From NCBI GenBank assembly GCA_945878665.1, contig CAMDUN010000008.1, positions 12 through 64,011 of the forward strand: a stretch of 64,000 nt of DNA, given 5' to 3'. Below, piece after piece: positions 11,712-21,101 of this stretch (the stretch's first letter is position 1; each line of letters begins with the position of its first letter). The notes beneath the pieces are model-generated. The model was not told the origin of the DNA and did no database searches. It worked only from the letters and a program-made list of their open reading frames with translations. The stretch is from an uncultured Clostridia bacterium. GTDB taxonomy: Bacteria; Bacillota; Clostridia; Oscillospirales; Oscillospiraceae. Both the position numbers and the translations under genes were made by a program.

Positions 11712-11903
11712 TCACGCTTTTACCTCGATGGCGGCCACGGGGCAGCTATCCGCCGCCTCCTGAACACCGATCTTGTGTGCGTCGGGAATGGGATCGACCA
11801 GCACACGGGCCGGTTCACCGGCATCCAGGGCGAACACCTCCGGGCACAATCCGGCGCACAGACCGCACTGGATACACGCTTTTTGCAGAACAATGGCTTG
11901 CAT
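11712..11903 (-). CDS. Monocluster ferredoxin
   Basis: CIQCGLCAGLCP...CPVAAI, 63 aa, GGAGG RBS before the ATG at 11903. Confidence 0.9.
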   Translation of the reverse strand: MQAIVLQKACIQCGLCAGLCPEVFALDAGEPARVLVDPIPDAHKIGVQEAADSCPVAAIEVKA

Positions 11904-11974
11904 GGTGAATACCTCCAAAAAATCAGGATGGAGATATTTTCCCCGGCAGGGCGCGGGGTTATACGCGGGGGATG

Positions 11975-13006
11975 TCAATCCTGGGCCAGCCGGCGGGCGA
12001 AGGACAGGGCCTGGGCCTCGATGCCGGGGAGCTTGATGAGACTGCCCCGCTCGTTGGCCGTCTCCAGCAGGCAGAAGTGGGGCGGCAGGAAGAAGGATTT
12101 GTTCATGTTCAGGGCGGAGATGAGCTGGCGGGCCAGCAGGTCGCCGCCGGAGTAGCCGGACACCACCAGGCCGAACAGCCGCTTGTCGTACATCCGGGTC
12201 TGACGGAACAGGGCCGTCAGGCGGTTGATGCAGGCCGTCAGGTTGGCGGCCAGCGCGTCGTTGTAGTTGGCGCACAGCATGACCAGCGCGTCGCACCGGC
12301 GGATGGCGGGGTAGACCTCGTCCACCATCGGACCGCCGTAGAAGCAGCCGCCCTGCTCGCCGAAGTGGAGACAGGCGGTGTAGCTGCACCCGTTGCAGTC
12401 GGCCATCGTGCCGTTTCGCAGGCAGATCTCCTGCACCTCCATGTCCGCCGGCAGGCCGGCCTTGACCAGTTCCCACAGGGCCAGGGTGTTGGACGTGGCC
12501 CGCTGGGAGGCGTGGAGGGCCAGCACCCGGCGGATGGGCGCGGGCTTGTGCCAGTCCGTCAGGCGGCCCAGCAGCTCCGAGATGGCGGCGCGGAAGGCGG
12601 TCTCCTCGTCCACGCCGCCCACCAGCGCCTGGGTGCGGAAGTTCCGCAGAGAGCCGGTGGCCTCCACCAGCGGGCGGCCCAGGAAGGCGCAGCCCGCCTG
12701 GTTGGCGGCGAACACCATGTCGCGGGCCACGTCCTTGGTGTAGAACTCGCCCACGCCGGTGACGACGCAGCCCGCCACACAGCCGCGAAGCAGCGTTTCG
12801 CTGCGGCGCAGGCGGGAGAGCATACGGTAATACGACTGGTTGCAGCCGCCCTCGTCCAGCGCCACGGCAAAGAGCAAGCGGCGGTTTTGCAGGCCGTCCA
12901 GGCTTTCGTCCGGGTCGAGGATGACGCTGCCGGGAGGCAGCAGGGGCGACAGCAGGGCGCGGAGGGCGGGGCTGTATTCATTTTCAGGGAGCAGTACGGT
13001 GAGCAT
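11975..13006 (-). CDS. Two-domain flavodoxin-fold / iron-sulfur flavoprotein-like protein
   Basis: Two flavodoxin-like halves. The C-terminal half has DCNGCSYTAC...GC and NYNDAL...INRL, resembling NADPH-dependent FMN reductase/Isf proteins. Confidence 0.7.
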   Translation of the reverse strand: MLTVLLPENEYSPALRALLSPLLPPGSVILDPDESLDGLQNRRLLFAVALDEGGCNQSYYRMLSRLRRSETLLRGCVAGCVVTGVGEFYTKDVARDMVFAANQAGCAFLGRPLVEATGSLRNFRTQALVGGVDEETAFRAAISELLGRLTDWHKPAPIRRVLALHASQRATSNTLALWELVKAGLPADMEVQEICLRNGTMADCNGCSYTACLHFGEQGGCFYGGPMVDEVYPAIRRCDALVMLCANYNDALAANLTACINRLTALFRQTRMYDKRLFGLVVSGYSGGDLLARQLISALNMNKSFFLPPHFCLLETANERGSLIKLPGIEAQALSFARRLAQD

Positions 13007-13025
13007 AATGGGCCTCCTTGTTGGT

Positions 13026-13982
13026 TCACTCGATGGCGTCCAGCTTGGCGCGGGTCTCCGCCAGGCGCTTCTCCAGCGCCTCCGGCAGGGGGACGTTCTC
13101 CGTTTCCGCGCCGGTGTCGGTCAGGCGGCTGCGGCGGCCCATGAACACCCGGCCATCGTACAGCGAGGCGTAGTGCCACCGGCGGCGCAGCAGGGCCAGC
13201 AGCGTCAGCGCGCCGGAGCTGAGGGCCGGGGCGACGTAGGGCTTGAAGCCCAGCTTACGCATCTCCAGGTTGGCGTGGGCCACCTTCTCCGTCAGCTCAC
13301 GGGACAGGGCATCGTCGTAATGGGTCAGGGAGTTGGCCAGCACCAGATCCTCGCCGTGCGGGCCGAAGGCGCGGCCCTCCGTGAGATACGAGGCGAAGCG
13401 GGGGTCGCGGCGGGCGAAGTACAGGGCGCGGGCGTGCATGACGCCCAGGCCGAAACCCCGTATCTGTTCCGGGGACAGGCCCTGCCCGTCATAATCGCCG
13501 CGCTGGTTTTTGTTGCTCTCCCGAAGCGCCCAGCGGCACAGGGGGTCTACCGGGTCGCTGACCACCACGAACAGGCCGCGGTACTGCTTCTCCCGGGCCA
13601 TGCGGGCGTAATGCCCCACCAGCTCCCGGTTCAGGCCGTACTGGGCCATGCGTACATCCCCCTGCACCACGGAGGTGTCGGGGATCATGCGGGAGGCGCA
13701 GAACAGGAACACGTCGCCGTCAAAGAGCTGCTCCGGGGCGATGATGTCTACCTCCGGCAGCGGCTCGGTCTCCGGCGGGGCGATCTGATCCAGCTCGAAC
13801 TCCCAGCGTGCGGCCACGTTGTCCCGCACGTCGCAGATGCCGATGGACGAGATCACGTCGCCGCCCAGCAGGCGCAATCCCATAAGCAGGGTGCTGCCCA
13901 CGTCGCCCAGGGCCAGCAGCGTGACGCGGGCCTTGTCCGGCAGGCGGGGCAGGGACAGGGGCGCGGTATTGAAAATTTCCAT
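13026..13982 (-). CDS. Atypical LDH/MDH-superfamily dehydrogenase
   Basis: ALGDVG Rossmann start, DPVD and GPHG motifs. AAGGAG RBS before the ATG at 13982. Confidence 0.75.
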   Translation of the reverse strand: MEIFNTAPLSLPRLPDKARVTLLALGDVGSTLLMGLRLLGGDVISSIGICDVRDNVAARWEFELDQIAPPETEPLPEVDIIAPEQLFDGDVFLFCASRMIPDTSVVQGDVRMAQYGLNRELVGHYARMAREKQYRGLFVVVSDPVDPLCRWALRESNKNQRGDYDGQGLSPEQIRGFGLGVMHARALYFARRDPRFASYLTEGRAFGPHGEDLVLANSLTHYDDALSRELTEKVAHANLEMRKLGFKPYVAPALSSGALTLLALLRRRWHYASLYDGRVFMGRRSRLTDTGAETENVPLPEALEKRLAETRAKLDAIE

Positions 13983-13996
13983 GGTATGTCTCCTTT

Positions 13997-16900
13997 TCAG
14001 TCGGCGGGGCGCATCCGCTTGAGGATCTCGATGTCGCCCTCCAAGCAGGCGCTGGCGGCGCGGCTGATGTCGTAGGTACAGCCGCCCTTGTCGGGGCACA
14101 GGGGCAGGATCACCGCCTCGCCCAGCCGGTTCAGCGTCAGGTTGCGGGCGTAGAGAGCGCGGAACTCCGTCTCCAGCGCCAGCAGGATGTCCCGTGCGTT
14201 TTCCAGGCAGCACAGGCTCAGCTCCCACGCCGTTTTCTGATCCATGCCGGTGAACTCCGGCGCGGCGTAGGGCAGTATGCGGTTCACCGCCGGCTGCAAG
14301 CCGCCGGGCAGGCCCTCGCTGCGGCGGACGGTGTCGCCGCCGATGAAGGGATACAGCGTGGACTCCACGAACCTGAGACGCAGGTTGGGCAGGTAGTAGA
14401 TGGCGTCCGCCTCGTAGCCCAGCTGCTCCATCAAATCGCGGCCCATGCCGGTGAGGTAGCCCACCAGCACCATGTCCACGGGGGTGTTGGTCTCCGCCAG
14501 CAGGGGAGCGATGCGCCGGATGCGCTTGCCGTCGTGGAGCATATCGTCCACCAGGATCACGGGCCGGTCGAAGGCGTGGATGGTGCGTACCTGGTCGGGC
14601 AGCGGGGAATAGTCCGGGTACGCCTCGATGGAGCAGCGGCTCAGGTCCGGCTCGTAGACCTTGTCGGTACGCAGCGTCTTGGTGACGGTGTTGGGCACGA
14701 CTACGCCCCGGAGGATCTTGCCGTAGGGCACGCAGATGTCCGGGCCGAGGACGCGGGGCGTTACCGGCTCGGCGGGCACGCCGTTGCGGGCGGTGATGTG
14801 CTGGAGCAGCCGGTGGTAGATGACCCCTGCCGACAGACTCAGCACCAGCGAACCGGGCTGAAGCCGGGTCAGGGCCGCCTGTAAGCGCCGGTGGGCGCTG
14901 CCGATGGCGGCCAGCACACGGGGGGAGGTGCTGAAGGGCTCTTTGATGGCGGTGTCCACGTTGCGGCTGAGGACGATGGGGCAGCGCATATCCACCGCCA
15001 TCGTGTCGCTGCCCTCGGAAATGGGCAGGAAGCCCTGCAAGAGCAGGGTCTGGCGGCCATAGCCGGAGGCCGCGCCCTCCAGGGGGCAGTACAGGCCGTA
15101 GGTGTACTCACGGCTCAGGGCCAGGGTCAGCACCTCCGTCACCAGCAGCTGGCACAGGTCGCTCTGCCGTTCGCCGCGAGGGACGAACAGCCCGCTGATG
15201 AGCAGCGCCCGGCCACCGGCGCTCTGCCGCACCAGCGCCGACAGGGCTGGATCGCCCAGCCGGGCGAACAGGTGCTGGCTGTCCAGACAGCGGTAGGACG
15301 CAGCGCCCAGCACCGCGCCGTTCGCGTCCCGGCAGACCATCACATCGTCGCCGCAGCGCTGCAAAAGCTCCGTCAGGCTCTCCGCCGTGGCGCGGGGCAG
15401 CATGGTACGCAGGAAGGCGGCGGTCTCCCGGATGTCAGTGGGGACGAAGGACAGGTCCTCCGTCCGCAGCACGGGCTTGTCCTGGGGCTCGCGGAGGTAC
15501 AGGCCCTGGCGGTAGATGAACTCCTGCACCGTGGGGTCGATGAGGTTGGACACGTCGCGGTTGGCATCCACCGCCTCGCGAATGCGGGTGGAGCTGATCT
15601 CCTCCAGCTGGGGCGGCAGCGTCAGCTCCACCACATGCCCGGTGATGCAGGAATAGTCGGCCTGCACCGCGTCCGGCTCGGTGCGGCGGAAGATGACGTG
15701 GTCGAAGGTGTGGATGGAATCCGCCTGGGGCGGCTTTTGGTAGGACGAGGCGTGGACCACCACGTCGCTGCCCACCACGATGGACACGCTGCGCCCTGGG
15801 AACGCCTGGCGCAGCTGGCGCAGGTTCTCCGGGTTGGCGATGTTCACCGGGAAGTCCTCCGGGAAGATGTGAACGTGGAACTCGTCCGCCACGGACATGG
15901 ATACGATGCGGCGGCGGACGCGGTAGGGCTGAGTGCGCTTGGACCAGGAAAATTCGTCGATGGCCAGCAGCACCTCGAAGCCCAGGTCTCGGATGGCCCG
16001 GACGATGCCCTTGTGGGACAGGGTGAAGGGGTCAAACGTGCCGGGGAAGAAGGCCACGGGCCGGGGCGGGCCGAAGTCGAACCCGCCGTGGAACAGCCGC
16101 TCCTCGGTGAGGAAGCGGTACAGCTTGCCCAGCATGAACGCCCGGTAGTAGAACGTCAGCTCCCGGTCGGGGGTCTCGTAGTGGGCGGCCAGCAGCTTCC
16201 GATCCGTCAGCAGAAAGGCGCGGCGCTTCTCGTGGCGGCTCAGCTCGTCCGAGCCGAACACGTGGCGGCCCAGCACGAACATAGTCTCCTGGCGGGTGGG
16301 GTCGTCGATGCCGCACAGGCCGTGCATCAGCATACCCAGCAGCCGCTCACGGCGGCGGCGGTAGGCCTCGTCCGTCTCCGGGAAACGGGTGCGGTAGACA
16401 TCGTACTCCTCGTAGATCACGCCCACCGTGTCCAGCACGGAGGCGGTGACGCGGCTGTCGGAGGAGCTGAGGTTCACATGGAGGTCGTCCAGCACCTCAT
16501 TCAGCTCCGCCGGAGGCAGCCACAGGGCGAAGCGGCCCAGGTAGTCGGGGATATATTTGGTGAACTCCTGCTGGCCCAGCTCCAGCCCCCGGCACAGCTC
16601 CACCGCCACCTCGTTGCGCTGGTCGGCGGTGAGCCGGGGCGCAAGCTCCAGCAGGGCGCTGCCGGCGCTGTGGCGCACCGTCACCCGGTCGCTGACCTTG
16701 ATGAGGTTGGACAGGTGGGTGGCGATGTGCAGAGCGGGGCTTTTGCCGCTGCGGGCAAAGTCGGTGAGCAGGCGCAGGTTGGCCTGCTTGGTGATCCAGG
16801 GGGTGGCGGTCTTCAGGTTGTCCAGGAATATCTCGGACACCACGTCATCCGGCAGCAGCAGCGGCGCGCCGCCGGACAGCAGGTCGTCGCGCAGCCAGCG

Positions 16901-18742
16901 CAGCGTGGCGCTGTCGGTGCAGTCCACGGCGGCGATGGCCTCCAGCGGGCCGGGCAGCGACGGGTACAGCCGGTGCAGGCGGTCCAGCAGCAGCACGGCG
17001 GCCAGCCGCACCGTCAGGTCGCCCCGGCGGCACATGGACACGGCGAAGGTACACAGCTCACGGGCGTGGGCGGGGGTCAGGGCGCTGTCCGGCAGGGCGG
17101 CGGCGGTGTCGAGAAGCTGAAAGGCTACGGTGTCCTCCGTGTCCTCCGGGCGGCGGTAGTAGGCAAAGACCGGGGCGAGGAAGCGCTCCTCCCGCCCGGG
17201 GGCGTGGTTCAGCAGGGAAATGACGGCGAATTTCAGGGCGTAGCTGATCCAGCGCCGGTGCTGGGGCATCAGCTTGTGGTCGGGGTAGAGCATCTTGTCC
17301 AGATACAGCTTCCACTGCTCCACATCGGTGGCAGAGCGGGGGTCGGGACGGCTGTCCGCGGGGCGTTCCTTGGCGTAGCCCGCGTGGAAGCCGGCGATGA
17401 TCTCGCCCAGCAGCGCCGCCGCCTGGCGGCGGATGTCGCCCTCGCGGTGCATCAGCAGCTCATAGAGGAACGTCAGCGTCTGCACCTTTTGAGGGATGTG
17501 GAGATAGAGAGAGTAGCTTTCGAATACGCTGAGGTAGGCGCGCAGACGCCGCCAGTTCGTCTCGCCGCGGGCCAGCTCCAGAAGCCGGGCGAAGCTTCGC
17601 TGGCCGGTGAGGCGGGCCATCAGCTCCATGTTGTGCGCCACGCAGCGCATGGTCAGGGCGTGGAGCGCCTCGTCATCGGTCATCAGCGCGGCGTGCTTCT
17701 CCGGCAGGGGGGCGGTGTCGCCGCCTTGCAGCGTCACGTCCACGCCCCGGTCGATCATGTAGCGCTCGAAGTCCTGCAAGCGGGCGTAAACACGGGTGTA
17801 GCGCTGCTTTTTCATGCCGTCCACGTCGTCCAGCTTGGACAGGATCACCTGGAACGCCTCGTCCAGGGACGAAATGCGGCTGATCTCCCGGCCCTGACCG
17901 TCGTGGATCTGCTTCACGCGGAAGTCGGCGTAGATCAGCAGCAGCGCCTCCACGGACAGGTAGTCCGGCTCCAGATCCCACACGGAGTGGTTGGCGGCGA
18001 TGTGGCCGATGTCGGTCATGCGGCGGCGTCTGAACCACAGGTCGGTGTAGTAATAGTGCAGATAGGGCACGCGCTCGCCGGGCCTACATCCGAATTTTCC
18101 GATGTCGTGACCGGCGGCAGCGCCGGACACCAGCGCCAGATCCACCGCCGTGCCGCTGCGGCGCAGGGCACGGGCCGCCGTCAATGCCACGTGGTGTACC
18201 CCGGCGATGTGCTCCAGCGTGCGGAAGGGCGTTACCTCCAGCCCCAGGCGCATCAGCTCGTAGACGTACTCCCGCTTCCACTGGCGCAGAAATTTGGCGT
18301 AGGACGGGGCGCAGGCGCTGTCCGCCAGCTCCGCCTCCGTGAGGAAATCAAAGGTGTAGGCCGGGTCGTGGGGCAGCAGCTCGCCCTCGGCGGCGAACAG
18401 CACCTGCAAGACCGACAGAAAGAACACCGCGCCGGGGGCGCAGGGCTCGTCCTGCTCCCGCTCCGGGTACAAAAGCCGCCGGGCGAAGTCGTAGCTGTAC
18501 GCCAGCCAGCCCTCCTCCGGCCCGACCGGGCACAGGATGTCCAGCTCCGGGCGGCACAGGGCCAGCACATCGGCGCAGCGCAGCCGCGTGCCGTTGAACA
18601 GCGGCGCGAACCGCTGCATATAGCTGTCCCCCTCAGGCCGGGCCAGCAGCTGCTCCCGCCCCGCCAGCCAGTCGGCGGCGCTGCGGTCGGCCAACCGGCG
18701 GCGCAGGGCCAGGTCCATCTGCCGGATACGCTTCTTGTTCAT
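13997..18742 (-). CDS. 1581-aa multidomain protein: HD(HDIG) + HEAT-like + NadD-like nucleotidyltransferase + GNAT-like + PRTase-like
   Basis: H..HDIG..H..H..D; GTFDPFTLSH/GSD/ISSTRIR; VILVDDMLHDG. GGAGG RBS and typical host codon bias. Confidence 0.8.
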   Translation of the reverse strand: MNKKRIRQMDLALRRRLADRSAADWLAGREQLLARPEGDSYMQRFAPLFNGTRLRCADVLALCRPELDILCPVGPEEGWLAYSYDFARRLLYPEREQDEPCAPGAVFFLSVLQVLFAAEGELLPHDPAYTFDFLTEAELADSACAPSYAKFLRQWKREYVYELMRLGLEVTPFRTLEHIAGVHHVALTAARALRRSGTAVDLALVSGAAAGHDIGKFGCRPGERVPYLHYYYTDLWFRRRRMTDIGHIAANHSVWDLEPDYLSVEALLLIYADFRVKQIHDGQGREISRISSLDEAFQVILSKLDDVDGMKKQRYTRVYARLQDFERYMIDRGVDVTLQGGDTAPLPEKHAALMTDDEALHALTMRCVAHNMELMARLTGQRSFARLLELARGETNWRRLRAYLSVFESYSLYLHIPQKVQTLTFLYELLMHREGDIRRQAAALLGEIIAGFHAGYAKERPADSRPDPRSATDVEQWKLYLDKMLYPDHKLMPQHRRWISYALKFAVISLLNHAPGREERFLAPVFAYYRRPEDTEDTVAFQLLDTAAALPDSALTPAHARELCTFAVSMCRRGDLTVRLAAVLLLDRLHRLYPSLPGPLEAIAAVDCTDSATLRWLRDDLLSGGAPLLLPDDVVSEIFLDNLKTATPWITKQANLRLLTDFARSGKSPALHIATHLSNLIKVSDRVTVRHSAGSALLELAPRLTADQRNEVAVELCRGLELGQQEFTKYIPDYLGRFALWLPPAELNEVLDDLHVNLSSSDSRVTASVLDTVGVIYEEYDVYRTRFPETDEAYRRRRERLLGMLMHGLCGIDDPTRQETMFVLGRHVFGSDELSRHEKRRAFLLTDRKLLAAHYETPDRELTFYYRAFMLGKLYRFLTEERLFHGGFDFGPPRPVAFFPGTFDPFTLSHKGIVRAIRDLGFEVLLAIDEFSWSKRTQPYRVRRRIVSMSVADEFHVHIFPEDFPVNIANPENLRQLRQAFPGRSVSIVVGSDVVVHASSYQKPPQADSIHTFDHVIFRRTEPDAVQADYSCITGHVVELTLPPQLEEISSTRIREAVDANRDVSNLIDPTVQEFIYRQGLYLREPQDKPVLRTEDLSFVPTDIRETAAFLRTMLPRATAESLTELLQRCGDDVMVCRDANGAVLGAASYRCLDSQHLFARLGDPALSALVRQSAGGRALLISGLFVPRGERQSDLCQLLVTEVLTLALSREYTYGLYCPLEGAASGYGRQTLLLQGFLPISEGSDTMAVDMRCPIVLSRNVDTAIKEPFSTSPRVLAAIGSAHRRLQAALTRLQPGSLVLSLSAGVIYHRLLQHITARNGVPAEPVTPRVLGPDICVPYGKILRGVVVPNTVTKTLRTDKVYEPDLSRCSIEAYPDYSPLPDQVRTIHAFDRPVILVDDMLHDGKRIRRIAPLLAETNTPVDMVLVGYLTGMGRDLMEQLGYEADAIYYLPNLRLRFVESTLYPFIGGDTVRRSEGLPGGLQPAVNRILPYAAPEFTGMDQKTAWELSLCCLENARDILLALETEFRALYARNLTLNRLGEAVILPLCPDKGGCTYDISRAASACLEGDIEILKRMRPAD

Positions 18743-18812
18743 GGCGCATACCTCCGTTTTCGGGTAGCCGGGACGGCGCTGCCCGGCGAGTCGATAGTTG
18801 ATACTTTATAAT

Positions 18813-18842
18813 ATAATAAATCCCAAGGCGCGGCGCTGTCAA
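18813..18842 (-). promoter_or_regulatory. SigA promoter of the giant-protein operon
   Basis: TTGACA-18-TATTAT on the minus strand. Confidence 0.6.
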
Positions 18843-19095
18843 TATTCTGCGCCGCTTTCCCGGGTCGTTGTCACCATTTTGTCACCGCTTTGTCTCCCAT
18901 TTTTAGACAGTCCTTAAGCTGGTGTTCATAATTTGTTCACGAATAGAGGGCGCTTGTCATGCTATGATAGGGGAGAGACGGCGATTTTTGGCAGGGGCGG
19001 AACATTTCCCGCCGCCGCGCCGTCTATATAGGCAAGTACATGACCGCGCCCGCCCCGTGGCGGGCGGCGAAAAAATGGCAAAAAGGAGAAACGAA

Positions 19096-20418
19096 ATGAA
19101 GAAAGCTGCGTTTTTGCTGGCCCTGGTGATGCTCCTGGGTCTACTGCCCGGCTGCGGCCAGGCGGAGGGCGAGGCCTCCGTTCAATCCGTGTCCATGATC
19201 TGCGGACTGGGCTCGGTGGGCCTGGCCGACCGCTTCGGCGGCATTGTCAGCCCCCTGGGCGAGACGAAGATCAAAAAGGATGACTCCCTCACCGTGGACA
19301 CCATCAAGGTAAAGGTGGGCGACACGGTGGCGGTGGGTGATGTGCTGTTCACCTACGACCTGAGCGAATTGCAGCGCAATTTGGAGAAGGCGCAGCTGGA
19401 GTTGGAGCAGCAGCAGAACCAGCTGGAGAACAAGGAGAGCGAAAAGAAGGATTTGGAGGAGCAGCGGGATCAGACCGGCGATGACGCCGCCCGCCGGGAG
19501 TATACCCTTCAGATCCGAGAGGCCAATCTGGACATCCTGACCTACAAGGCCAACATTTCCTCCAAGAAGAAGGACATCGAGAAGGTGCAGAACAACCTGA
19601 AGAACGCCTCCGTCAAGTCCGAGGTAGCCGGCGAGGTGCAGGCCATCAACGAAAACGGCGGCAGCGACAACAACGGCAACCCCCTGCCCTTCATGACCAT
19701 CGTGGAGACCAGCGGCTTCCGGGTAAAGGGCTACGTCAACGAGAACAACGCCGCCGCCCTGCGGGAGGGCACGGAGGTCATCATCCGCTCCCGCGTCAGC
19801 GATCAGACGTGGAAGGGCAGCGTGGACACCGTGGACTGGAACAACCCGGTGCAGCAGCAGAGCTACTATGACAGCGACACCAGCCTGTCCAGCAAGTACC
19901 CGTTCTACGTGACGCTGGACGAGGGCGATGGGCTGCTGCTGGGCCAGCACGTCTACATCGAGCCGGACTACGGCCAGGAGGACGAGCAGGACGCCAGTGC
20001 CATCAATCTGCCGTCCTACTTCATCAGCGACCCGGACGGCAGCCCCTGGGTGTGGGCGCAGAATAGCAAGGGCAAGCTGGAAAAGCGTGACCTGAAGCTG
20101 GGCGAGTACAACGCAGATACGGATACATATCCCGTGCTGGAGGGCCTGACGGCGGAGGACTACATCGCTTACCCCGACGAGAGCCTAAAGGCCGGCATGG
20201 CCTGCGTGACCTATGACGACGCCACCTTTGATCCCGGCACGAACGGCGGCACAAACGGCGGCATGGACGGCGGCATGATCGACGGCTCGGCGGACGTCCC
20301 TACGGATGAGGGCACTTCCTCTGCTATCGGCGGTGAGACGGAGGGCACGACGAACGTGGAGTATGGCGGTATGGCGGAGTCCACCGCGCCGGTGATTACC
20401 CCGCCGATGGAGGGCTGA
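19096..20418 (+). CDS. HlyD/RND-type periplasmic adaptor subunit
   Basis: Signal/lipobox-like N-terminus, VKVGDTV lipoyl-like motif, coiled coil. AAGGAG RBS. Confidence 0.8.
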   Translation: MKKAAFLLALVMLLGLLPGCGQAEGEASVQSVSMICGLGSVGLADRFGGIVSPLGETKIKKDDSLTVDTIKVKVGDTVAVGDVLFTYDLSELQRNLEKAQLELEQQQNQLENKESEKKDLEEQRDQTGDDAARREYTLQIREANLDILTYKANISSKKKDIEKVQNNLKNASVKSEVAGEVQAINENGGSDNNGNPLPFMTIVETSGFRVKGYVNENNAAALREGTEVIIRSRVSDQTWKGSVDTVDWNNPVQQQSYYDSDTSLSSKYPFYVTLDEGDGLLLGQHVYIEPDYGQEDEQDASAINLPSYFISDPDGSPWVWAQNSKGKLEKRDLKLGEYNADTDTYPVLEGLTAEDYIAYPDESLKAGMACVTYDDATFDPGTNGGTNGGMDGGMIDGSADVPTDEGTSSAIGGETEGTTNVEYGGMAESTAPVITPPMEG

Positions 20419-20420
20419 CT

Positions 20421-21101
20421 ATGATCCTTGAAATGCGTGACATCTGCAAGGACTACCCCATGGGCAAGGGCGTGGCACACATTCTGAAGAACGTGAACCT
20501 TGACGTGGGGGAGGGCGAGTACCTTGCCATCATGGGCCCTTCCGGCAGCGGAAAGACCACACTGATGAACCTGATCGGGTGCTTGGACGTGCCCACCAGC
20601 GGCAGCTATCTGCTGGGCGGGCGGGACATCACCCAGTGTACCAACAAGCAGCTGGCGGAGGTGCGGAACAAGGAGCTGGGCTTCGTGTTCCAGTCCTTCA
20701 ACCTGCTGCCCAAGCTGACGGCGCTGGACAACGTGGCGCTGCCGCTGCTGTACGGCGGCGTGAAGAAGGCGGAGCGGCTGGAGCGCGCCCGTGCGGCGCT
20801 GGAGACGGTGGGTCTCAGCGACCGAGTGGATCACCGGCCCGACCAGCTGTCCGGCGGCCAGTGCCAGCGCGTGGCCATCGCCCGTGCCATCGTGGGCGAG
20901 CCGAAGCTGCTGCTGGCGGATGAGCCTACCGGCGCGTTGGACAGCGCCAGCGGCGCACAGGTCATGGAGCTGTTCCAGCAGCTTCACGACAGGGGCTCGA
21001 CCATCATCATGATCACCCACGACCGCAGCATCGCCCACCACGCCCATACCATCAAGACCATCCGCGACGGCGTACTGTCGGGAGGTGACGAGAGTGAATA
21101 A
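20421..21101 (+). CDS. ABC transporter ATP-binding protein (MacB/YknY-like)
   Basis: GPSGSGKT, LSGGQCQR and LADEPTG motifs. Confidence 0.93.
   Translation: MILEMRDICKDYPMGKGVAHILKNVNLDVGEGEYLAIMGPSGSGKTTLMNLIGCLDVPTSGSYLLGGRDITQCTNKQLAEVRNKELGFVFQSFNLLPKLTALDNVALPLLYGGVKKAERLERARAALETVGLSDRVDHRPDQLSGGQCQRVAIARAIVGEPKLLLADEPTGALDSASGAQVMELFQQLHDRGSTIIMITHDRSIAHHAHTIKTIRDGVLSGGDESE

Noticed and set aside
14891-18811. 1306-aa plus-strand ORF opposite the giant gene
   Set aside because: Antisense shadow caused by high-GC codon bias. It has no motifs or RBS, and the minus frame carries the recognisable domains.
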